This document shows, piece after piece, positions 47,601 to 55,715 of a stretch of 64,000 nucleotides of DNA. The DNA is from a virus (Duplodnaviria; Caudoviricetes), in the IMG/VR virus record IMGVR_UViG_3300042997_000909, positions 59,451 through 123,450 of that record; one strand, 5' to 3'. Position 1 is the stretch's first letter, and each line of letters opens with the position of its first letter. The position numbers and the translations under genes were made by a program. Under the pieces are notes generated by a model. The model saw only the letters and a program-made list of their open reading frames with translations, had not been told where the DNA came from and ran no database searches.

Positions 47601-47744
47601 GATTTGATAAAACTTTTACCTGTAGCAATTCCAGCTGTTGGTTTTGGTATAATGGAAGGCATGAAAAATGGAACTGAATCAGAAACACCACAGAATAGAT
47701 ATGGTGGTAATATAAAAACTTTAAGTAAATTTATCAGAAAATGA
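44604..47744 (+). CDS. large cargo protein with zincin metallopeptidase domain
   Basis: HEVGH (47202-47216) plus downstream PIELHSE..R; hydrophobic central helices; terminal NRYGG. Confidence 0.75.
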   Translation: MKEYNYNGVRYKRDNNGQWQYFDPTYNKWVYTYYNAPSINGTAVYDSTQLEKIFKSKDPYLKETTTEKVDLDAANAKKAQDRSNILNSALIPTQNKINYVSKNAPTIENANALKDLQVQKQKEDEQARKENELKQQEADRLQALRNSGSDNTRVQINTDAFTKIPTMEENFQQWENITKRQKEEARRLVMNGDVAKHFPHLTEYYLSKENSHRPGGPLTLEEIVLERMRTNPNFFEALDQRKFADFKRREQKAYDDMNWFEKGANFITAVAADPLQTPWNLITRGEGPLAYQASMSLEPEGLGEDYKYYDKMTHKSDGLLSPLNDMINYVNPFRSAVSAGMNLGQGDYGDAAWDAATIIPLLKGAKYGWKGMNALMKAKPISILDNLGPNMLRNSSPLVQKIANKASVGSMLGGYGAYEGVSHNFPNAFKAYSEGDIGKGNEELIMGMLMTTPLAMEVNASKVLPRTVNALKNTKSTALPVMGETAEFAPATLASEVDDAARLKPYSDNARYEYKTLTADDAAKLKAENPNINTEKVLKDTGVPTQEVSIYNEGKLGQAEAFDDSGDFAVNWGVKDIDKYNEMVASTSEADMLSAKITRLNASPTNQQIMQKASDINKVIMDDYYAANNIKSYDEFLKTDLNDFYKFQNQKISELAAQDPDVITILKNNENLWNQRQALINKRDAIRTKLAGGAEDAIDPTFKQKVINLYKEAGVPEDQIPKNAFQNRGQLITDFGKERTKLVDMDYRDPLSEPSFAALSDSDQMTLANDWKDIGGVRTGESSITLASKVHEPQFHTVRRRDFSPVTRMLEEPREYTPWKPWTWKNKNFVPRSRTDWEPFYHDEPTLIETSIKTSYSPEYVGGVNVHEVGHDYQKFYDYWASLLGDYDPAVGYFTGSGKNPIAQRFKDAMVEAKPVDPVTGKRVAGTWASAPIELHSELMRARYDFYTQMKAAKPELSQKQIMDWIKNAEANDDASLFDFYNQTLKSHFKETTPMTERRDLIKLLPVAIPAVGFGIMEGMKNGTESETPQNRYGGNIKTLSKFIRK

Positions 47745-50700
47745 ATAACATGTTTGAATACTTAGCAGGAGGACAATGCTACTCGTGTGGTGGCAAAGTA
47801 AGATATAATGATGGTGGCGAAAGCATGCAGCAACAATCTCCTATTGCTGACATGTCTGGACAAGCTCAACAAAGACCACAAGCGTCTACAATTGATGCAA
47901 ATGCAAAACAATTGATGACATTTCTTTTGGATCAGTTAAGCAAGGGAACAAGTGAAAGAATCTTAAAAAGAACACTCATTGACTCAGGTTTAAAGTCAGA
48001 ACAAGCTAGTCAGTTACTTGAAGTTGCTAAACAGGAGTTTGACAAATCTGTTAAGCAAGGTGATTATTCAACAGAAGCAGAAGATAATCAAATAAGAATG
48101 CAAGCGCAACAGCAACAAATGGCGCAGATGCAACAAGCTGGTCCTAATGCTGGTATGGATCCATCAATGATGGCAATGGACCAGAATGCTGACCAATCAC
48201 AAGTTGCTGATTCTGAAATGCAACAAGCATCTTTTGGTGGTTTTTTCAGTAACAACAATGCAAGACGTTTGAAAAACAAAAAGAACGTTGTTAATATTAT
48301 CTATAATGTTAATGGTGAACCTATTGAAACAGATGAATTTGGAAATCCATTAGTACCTGATGCACAAGCAATGGTTGCTCCAGAGCAATTATACAATCCA
48401 GGCACGCGAGTTTCTGGTGATATTTTTAATGGTGGTAATGCATATACTACTACGCCAAGAATGAATATGGGTGGAACTTGTCCAGCTGGTTATGAGTGGA
48501 ATGATACGACAGGTTCTTGTGTTCCTTCTACAGCAACTGTCAATACAATGAAAGCAGGTTCTGGTCCAGTTAGTATGGGTGGTAATCCTGCACAAACACA
48601 AGCTAGTACTAAACAGACAACTGATACATATAATCAAAATATGCAGTTGCAGGCTGAGGCAAAAGATAAACAACGTAATGCTGAAATGGGTTATTATGAC
48701 AAGATGTTGAATTCTGGTAATACAAAAAACACTCAACGTTTTAATAACTCAATGGCTGCAATGGGAGCATTCCATCAGCAAATGTTAAATGGTCAACTAC
48801 CATTTCAACAAACACAAGCACAACCTCCAATGATACCTGGCGTAAATACCAATCCTACTCCTAACCAAGGAACAACTCAGGATTTTGGTACTACTACAAA
48901 TGCGCGTTTTGGTGGCCTTGCTAGATTTGTCAATGGTGGAATGAAACAATATGGTGCTGGTGGTACTGAAGATGGATGTCCAGTAGGATACTATAAAGGT
49001 CCTGATGGAGATTGTTTAAAAATATTTGGTTCTGATCAATCACAAAAACAGTTTCAAGAATATCAAAACTGGTATGGTAAGGATGCACTTGATCCTGGAA
49101 TGAGTAGAGCAGCACCATTGTCACAAGATGAATGGAATAAAGAAAATCCTGCACAAGATCAGATGGCTGCAGAAAATAAAAAATATCTATGGGACCAAGG
49201 TGCTACTGATAGACAGAAAAAATTTCAAGGATATCTTGATTGGCATAATAAAGATGCAGTTGAGCCTGGTATGAATAGAGCTGCTCCTCAAACTTATGAT
49301 GAGTGGGAAAAGGAAAACTATGAGGGACAAAATCCTAATGCTACTAACAACACTGCAAATAACAATAATACAAATGCAAATGGTGCGCCAATAGATCCAA
49401 GATTAACAAACAGTCCATACATTGTAAGAACTGACAAAAACAAAATTGCAAATCTTGATAACAACTGGGTAAACAAAGCATTAGCAGTAGGAAGTAATTT
49501 AGGTAGTGCACAAACACTTGGTGCTACTGGGGCATTTGGTCCATATCTTCAAATGTTATTAGGAGCCACAGGTGCAGTATCTAGTGCAGCACTTGGAGCT
49601 AAGAAAATATTTTCTGGTACTAAGCGTACTGTATACGATGATAAAGGAAACGTGTTTGAGTATGATAATAAACGTTCATACAAAGATGCAGGTAGAGGAG
49701 ATTCTCAGAACCAAGGTAATCCAGGTTCAGGTAATATTACTGATACTGGTGTTAATGGTGATATCCCAAAAGGTTCATTCCTGAAGACAAGCACTGATAA
49801 GTATGGACAACCTCAAGGTATTGGTAGACAAGGTGAACTTGTTTCATATGATAATCCATTGCGTAATGCACCAAGAAGAGAAGGTACAGATGAAGAGGGT
49901 AATCCAATTATGGGTAAATATGATGACCAAGATAGATTAAATGACATGCTTGAGTTTACTGGAAAAACGCAGAAAGATTTTAAATCACAGGGTCCTGCAT
50001 TATTTGGAGAAAATAAGTATGGTTCAAAAGAAGAGTTACAACAAGATTATGAAGATGCTGGATTTTTTGGCAAAATGAGACAGAGAAATCAGTTTAAACG
50101 TGATGCTATGTGGAGTCCAGATCTTAGTAAATCAACTGAAGTAGATGAACTTAATAATAGAACAAATCCTCCTGTTGAAGATCCTGCAGTAGTAAAAAGA
50201 GATGGTGGTGAATGGAATCCTTTTGTAGACAACAGACGTAAGTTAAGAATATCTATGCCAATGTATGGTGGTGGTGGGCCACTCAATAATGAAACAACTC
50301 CATATACACAGCAAGAATGGGCACAAGTACAATCAAAAACTTTTCCTTTAAAGCCAGAAGATATACAACCATACAATGATTATGTTGCAGGTTTTAATAA
50401 CACTGCTGGAACTAACGCCTCTAACTTGAATGTTGCTGGCACAAGTAATGCTAACAATGCATTAAGTGCAAATCCAAACGCAAACATGGTTGACACAAAA
50501 GAAGTTACTGTTGATCGTGGTGATGCGTTAGGTGCGCGAGTAGCACAGAATCTTTATTCAGGTTTAGCTGGTTGGAATGCTGGTTTGAATGAGATTCAAG
50601 GAAACAAAAGAATGAAGCAAATACAAAAGAAAAGACAAGACATTGGTAACTCAATGGAGATTTCTGCAGTCAATCCAATTAACATGTATGGTTCTTGGCA

Positions 50701-50884
50701 AGCAAATGCAAATCAAGGTTCCAACTATGATTTGGCTAATCAAGGTGCAACTCAAGACTGGCAAACAACACTGAATGCAAAATTTGGTGGAACAAAGTAC
50801 AGAAGAGGTGGAACTTACCAAGTATCTCCTGAAGAACTCAGAGCTATAATAGCAATGGGTGGTGAAGTTGAATTTTTGGATTAG
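47741..50884 (+). CDS. Q/N/G-rich GG-punctuated cargo protein
   Basis: More than 10 GG motifs, two CPxGY modules, a ~36-aa internal duplication, hydrophobic segment. Confidence 0.75.
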   Translation: MNNMFEYLAGGQCYSCGGKVRYNDGGESMQQQSPIADMSGQAQQRPQASTIDANAKQLMTFLLDQLSKGTSERILKRTLIDSGLKSEQASQLLEVAKQEFDKSVKQGDYSTEAEDNQIRMQAQQQQMAQMQQAGPNAGMDPSMMAMDQNADQSQVADSEMQQASFGGFFSNNNARRLKNKKNVVNIIYNVNGEPIETDEFGNPLVPDAQAMVAPEQLYNPGTRVSGDIFNGGNAYTTTPRMNMGGTCPAGYEWNDTTGSCVPSTATVNTMKAGSGPVSMGGNPAQTQASTKQTTDTYNQNMQLQAEAKDKQRNAEMGYYDKMLNSGNTKNTQRFNNSMAAMGAFHQQMLNGQLPFQQTQAQPPMIPGVNTNPTPNQGTTQDFGTTTNARFGGLARFVNGGMKQYGAGGTEDGCPVGYYKGPDGDCLKIFGSDQSQKQFQEYQNWYGKDALDPGMSRAAPLSQDEWNKENPAQDQMAAENKKYLWDQGATDRQKKFQGYLDWHNKDAVEPGMNRAAPQTYDEWEKENYEGQNPNATNNTANNNNTNANGAPIDPRLTNSPYIVRTDKNKIANLDNNWVNKALAVGSNLGSAQTLGATGAFGPYLQMLLGATGAVSSAALGAKKIFSGTKRTVYDDKGNVFEYDNKRSYKDAGRGDSQNQGNPGSGNITDTGVNGDIPKGSFLKTSTDKYGQPQGIGRQGELVSYDNPLRNAPRREGTDEEGNPIMGKYDDQDRLNDMLEFTGKTQKDFKSQGPALFGENKYGSKEELQQDYEDAGFFGKMRQRNQFKRDAMWSPDLSKSTEVDELNNRTNPPVEDPAVVKRDGGEWNPFVDNRRKLRISMPMYGGGGPLNNETTPYTQQEWAQVQSKTFPLKPEDIQPYNDYVAGFNNTAGTNASNLNVAGTSNANNALSANPNANMVDTKEVTVDRGDALGARVAQNLYSGLAGWNAGLNEIQGNKRMKQIQKKRQDIGNSMEISAVNPINMYGSWQANANQGSNYDLANQGATQDWQTTLNAKFGGTKYRRGGTYQVSPEELRAIIAMGGEVEFLD

Positions 50885-50986
50885 ATTTGCTACATTTGTA
50901 CTATGGAGGATTGGATTAATCAGAATATTTTTGTAACTTCTAATGAGGGATGTGGTAGACCATGTCCCTTTCTAAAACTTTAGAAT

Positions 50987-53900
50987 ATGTATAGAGTACG
51001 TATAAAAACATCTCCAGAAGGTGGGACTCATAAAATGACTGGTGATCAAGAAGGTTATGGTCTTGTAAGAAACACGTCTGCAATCCAAACTTCTCCACAT
51101 GCTGTTAGCGTAAATAACAAGATGGGTGCAATTCCAAGAGAAGAAGCAAACATTGAAGTTGAAGGTGGTGAATCAGTTATTGGTGATGTAAACCAAGATG
51201 GAACAATGGAGCTTATGCACTTTCAAGGTAAGCGTCATTCTGAAGGAGGAATACCTGTAAATATTCCTGAAGGTTCATTTATTTTCTCAGACACCAAATC
51301 ACTAACTATAAAAGATAGAGAGGTGATTGAAAAGATATTCAATCTTCCTTTTAGAAAACAAGGATATACGCCTGGAGAAATTTCTAAAAAATATGAGATA
51401 AACGCATACATAGAAGTTCTTAAAGATGAGAATGCTGACCCTTTGGCAAAACGTTCTGCTGGAGAAATGCTTAAAAAGAATAAGCAAAAGTTAGGTATTC
51501 TAGCTTTTATACAAGAATCAATGAAAGGTTTTCCTGATGGAATTCCTGCTATTGCTGAAGATGTTCTTTCTACAATGGGTATTGACCCAAATCAAATGGC
51601 AGAACAATTTGCTCCTCAACAACCTCAACAAGGTATGGGTGCTATGCCTCCACAAGAAATGGAAGGTCAAGGTATTCCAATGTCTGAAGATGAAGATGCA
51701 ATGCAAGGTATGATGCCAGAAGGTCCTATGATGGGACCTGATGATGTTGCACAACAAATGACTGGTCAATTTGGTGGTTCTATACCATCATATCAGAAAG
51801 CTGGAACTGTGACAACACCATCATGTCCTATTGGGTACAAATGGAATCCATATGTAAAAGCATGCGTAACTATTCCATATGCAGGTATTGCCTCAAAAGG
51901 TATGATACCTATGATTGCATATCAAAACTATTTTAATCTTACACCAACAAAACAAACACCAAAAAAACCTGCACCAAAAAAGCAAGATGACTGGAGTATA
52001 GAAGATGTTAAAGAACGAATGATAGAAGGTAGTAAGAAAAAAACACCACCTCCATCATTGACAACATCTGGTAAAAGACCTTCTCAAGAACCTTTAGGTG
52101 ATAACAGTGCTGCTGCGCAATTTAAAAGAAACAATTCAGCAGCAGAAGTAAAACAAAAAGAAGCTCTGAGAACATACTATGATAATGAAACTAAAAAGAC
52201 ATTAGCAGAAGGTAAAAAGAAAGAAGCAGAAGCATTAGCAAAAAATCCATACAAAAATGATGTACCAGGATTTGGTAAAAAATCTGATTTAGATGAGTAC
52301 ATGAAATCTGGTGCTGAGCAATGGGCTGCTGGTAATACATTTTACCAAGCACTTGCTTCACAAGATCCTGCAAAAATGCTTGATGCTGCTAAAACAATTA
52401 AGGATACAGATGTTCCATACAGTGTTGGATGGTTGCCTTTTACAGATCAAGATAAGATTGATGATATGGTTGCTATACTGCATCAAGAGGCATATAAATA
52501 TCTCAATAAGAATGAGCAGACTAAACTTCAAAAATACTATAGTCCTGAGATTCTTAACAAGAATGTTGACATGCTTATTAAAGATGCTAAAGCTAAAGCT
52601 GAAAGTGCAACTGACTACAAACAAAAAATTGCATTTGCAAATGAAGTGGCTAAGTATGAAAGATATAAAGAGTATTTGAACAATGATAACCATAAAGACT
52701 TTAGAAAGGATATTAAGAATTCAAGAGTTTCATATAATGATTCTTGGTTCTTTACTGAAGGTGACTTTGGAGAACCAATTCAGGATAGAGAACTTGTAAA
52801 TACGCAAGCAGGTACAGAAGGATCAGGGCCATATAATATGTTCTTTAATGACACTGAGATTTTAGGTATAAACATTGGTGCTAATGAGATTGACCAAAGT
52901 ACAGATCAATGGTTTAGAGGACCACGTAGTAAGACGTATTTAGAAATGTACGATGAGATTACAAAGGCTTCTGACAAAATCAATAAGACTAATATTGCAA
53001 CAATCGCCCCATTAGGTAATAAAGGTTTATTACATACAAAAGAGCGTGCAGGTTGGATGAACTGGGATGCTCCTGAGTTAGAAGACAATGTAAAATACAT
53101 CTATAATCAGTCAACTAAATATGACAATAAACCAGACAAAGCTGCAAATTACAAACCAGAATATACATTACCAGCAGCTCCACGTTCTGTTTTTAAAGTA
53201 GGCACAGATGCTGATGGTGTTGCGCAATGGGTTGAATATACTGAAGAGGGTGCACAAATGGCTGTATCAAATCCTGAATGGGTAAAAGCATTGAATACAA
53301 ATGCTCAAATGAAGGAACCTGACAAGATATTTTTAATCAAACCAGCAAAAAATGTTATGGATGGAAGTATCATTGACATTCTTGAAGAAGAGATAAAAAT
53401 GAATCCTCAAATACAACAACCAGTAAATGCTAATCCTTCTAATAATACAGGTCAACCACCTGTCAAAAAATCAGTTGTTGCTCCTATTGTTCCAGCAAAA
53501 CAACAATCAAAGTTTGATAATGGTCTTACAGAAAATGATTTTAAACTTGAAAGAGGTGGTGTTGTTGGACAGATGATGACTATTAATAATCAGCAATATA
53601 GATATGGTGGTCTTATAGATGAAGATGGTAAACTACGTTATAATAGAGGTGGTTCTGTTCTTCCTAAATATGCAGGTGCAGGTACTGTTACAGGTCCTGG
53701 TGATCCACCAAAAGAAGAACTTGTTGATGCAAATTTTACAACAAGTAATGGTACAAAAGCTAAAAAATATAAACTAATAATCACAGACCCTAATGGTGGT
53801 GCTCCATCCACAATTGTTATTATACGTGATGCTGCTGATGAAACCAAGATTCTTGGTAGAATGAATGTTGAAACAGGAGAATCTTATAAAGATCCAAATC

Positions 53901-55705
53901 AAACCATTACACGTGCAAGTTCTACATGGATAACTGCTGATAACCTTGATGACTGGGAAAAGACTCAAATTAAAGACAGATGGGGTGGTAATACACAAGC
54001 ATATATTGACTTTCAAAATTCAAATAATCAGATACGTCTTAACACAGATTTTAAAAATGCAATTGTTAAACAATATCAAGAAGACGTAAAGGATTCTAAA
54101 AAACGAATGTATACTGGTAAAAAGCAAGGTACACGTGATACTTTCCATACATCATATGGTAAAAATGTAGAAGCGCTTGCTGCCAGTCCTGAAGAAATCA
54201 TCAACACAATGATGAATTTTGAAAGAAATAATGCAAGACTTGCTGCTTATGGATTTGATCCTTCAACTAGTAATCAAAATGTTGCTTCATCTTCAACGTC
54301 AACTGGTAGAACAGATAATCAAGGTTCATATGTAAATGAGGAAGCACGCGCTTTGATTGAAAAAAACAAAGGATTACAAGATATAGATTTTAGTAAAAAC
54401 TACTTAGGTCAAGGTACGTATATATCATATAGACGTGCTCTTCAGAATAATGCTCAATTTCAAGATCTTGCTGAACATAAACAAGTAGGTGTAGATGATG
54501 AAACAACATTTGATATTACAGGAAGAGTTTCTGGTATTGACAACTACAATACTAATACAACATTAGGTGAACGTTTAGGTTATAAAACAAAACCACCAAC
54601 ACCACCTCCAGCACCTCCTGGTGAAAAACAGAAATTTTATTGTGTTGAATATTCTGATGGTACTAAAGCAGTTCAAACTGTTAACTATAAAGAGGGTGAA
54701 ACACCTACTGAACCAAAAGGAGATAAGGTTGTTAAATCAACTGAGTATTCAAGTCTTGAGTTGGCTAATACAAATTGTGAGCCTCCAAAAACTCCACCTC
54801 CTCCAGATACTCCTCCACCACCACCTAATAAGCCAGGTCCATGGTTTACGCCTGATGTCATCAACCTATCAACAGGTTTAAGACAACGTATTCCACATCC
54901 TAGTGTAACGTTACGCCAGATGCCACAAATCTATTCAGGTTATGATTTGAATAATCCAATAACTCAGATAGCTGGTGCAACAGGTTTAATGCGTCAACAA
55001 CAAGATCTTGCCATGAACACAATGGATGCAACTACTGGGTTTGCAGCTATGGCAGGACAAGGATATGACGCACTTGCAAAAGGTATTAGTGGCATTGAGG
55101 AGAAAAATGTTGACACAGTTAACAATTATCTTGGCAGAATTGGAAGCTTACAGTATCAATATGACTTAGCTAATCTTGGTCAAAAACGTCAATTTGATGT
55201 TGACACAGGTGTTGCTACAGACGAATGGGCTGGAGATCTTAACAAGAACGATGCACAAAATGCAATGCTTTATAACACAGGTTGGGGTAATGTATTTAAA
55301 GATGAAGGTTTCAAACTTGCATATCCACAAGCATATCATGCAAATAGAATAACTCCTGATTATAGTTGGTCAGGAAGAGGACGCAACATAATGGGGCCAA
55401 ATACACATGTATCTCCAGGAAGTGGTGCAACAGCACAAGCTGACTGTACTGCTGTTTATGCTCAAGCATATAATAGTGTAAAAAATGATGCAACACGAGA
55501 TGAAGCAGCAAAAAGAGATTATGCTTCAAGAATGGAAGCATCTTGTATTTCTCAGAATAATTCTCGTGCAAATTCAAATAACAAGACACAACAACAATCA
55601 TACGTGGCAAATGCAAATTCATTATTTGGTTCTGAGTTTGGTGGTACATTTTATACAGCACCAGGATCATATGAATTTGGTGGAACTTACTTTGATGATT
55701 TTTAA
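50987..55705 (+). CDS. large virion cargo protein
   Basis: N-terminal ANIEVEGGE...G.RHSEGGI...PEGSFIFSD domain seen in crAss-like cargo proteins; GG motifs; Pro-rich linkers. Confidence 0.75.
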   Translation: MYRVRIKTSPEGGTHKMTGDQEGYGLVRNTSAIQTSPHAVSVNNKMGAIPREEANIEVEGGESVIGDVNQDGTMELMHFQGKRHSEGGIPVNIPEGSFIFSDTKSLTIKDREVIEKIFNLPFRKQGYTPGEISKKYEINAYIEVLKDENADPLAKRSAGEMLKKNKQKLGILAFIQESMKGFPDGIPAIAEDVLSTMGIDPNQMAEQFAPQQPQQGMGAMPPQEMEGQGIPMSEDEDAMQGMMPEGPMMGPDDVAQQMTGQFGGSIPSYQKAGTVTTPSCPIGYKWNPYVKACVTIPYAGIASKGMIPMIAYQNYFNLTPTKQTPKKPAPKKQDDWSIEDVKERMIEGSKKKTPPPSLTTSGKRPSQEPLGDNSAAAQFKRNNSAAEVKQKEALRTYYDNETKKTLAEGKKKEAEALAKNPYKNDVPGFGKKSDLDEYMKSGAEQWAAGNTFYQALASQDPAKMLDAAKTIKDTDVPYSVGWLPFTDQDKIDDMVAILHQEAYKYLNKNEQTKLQKYYSPEILNKNVDMLIKDAKAKAESATDYKQKIAFANEVAKYERYKEYLNNDNHKDFRKDIKNSRVSYNDSWFFTEGDFGEPIQDRELVNTQAGTEGSGPYNMFFNDTEILGINIGANEIDQSTDQWFRGPRSKTYLEMYDEITKASDKINKTNIATIAPLGNKGLLHTKERAGWMNWDAPELEDNVKYIYNQSTKYDNKPDKAANYKPEYTLPAAPRSVFKVGTDADGVAQWVEYTEEGAQMAVSNPEWVKALNTNAQMKEPDKIFLIKPAKNVMDGSIIDILEEEIKMNPQIQQPVNANPSNNTGQPPVKKSVVAPIVPAKQQSKFDNGLTENDFKLERGGVVGQMMTINNQQYRYGGLIDEDGKLRYNRGGSVLPKYAGAGTVTGPGDPPKEELVDANFTTSNGTKAKKYKLIITDPNGGAPSTIVIIRDAADETKILGRMNVETGESYKDPNQTITRASSTWITADNLDDWEKTQIKDRWGGNTQAYIDFQNSNNQIRLNTDFKNAIVKQYQEDVKDSKKRMYTGKKQGTRDTFHTSYGKNVEALAASPEEIINTMMNFERNNARLAAYGFDPSTSNQNVASSSTSTGRTDNQGSYVNEEARALIEKNKGLQDIDFSKNYLGQGTYISYRRALQNNAQFQDLAEHKQVGVDDETTFDITGRVSGIDNYNTNTTLGERLGYKTKPPTPPPAPPGEKQKFYCVEYSDGTKAVQTVNYKEGETPTEPKGDKVVKSTEYSSLELANTNCEPPKTPPPPDTPPPPPNKPGPWFTPDVINLSTGLRQRIPHPSVTLRQMPQIYSGYDLNNPITQIAGATGLMRQQQDLAMNTMDATTGFAAMAGQGYDALAKGISGIEEKNVDTVNNYLGRIGSLQYQYDLANLGQKRQFDVDTGVATDEWAGDLNKNDAQNAMLYNTGWGNVFKDEGFKLAYPQAYHANRITPDYSWSGRGRNIMGPNTHVSPGSGATAQADCTAVYAQAYNSVKNDATRDEAAKRDYASRMEASCISQNNSRANSNNKTQQQSYVANANSLFGSEFGGTFYTAPGSYEFGGTYFDDF

Positions 55706-55715
55706 TTAAAAGATT

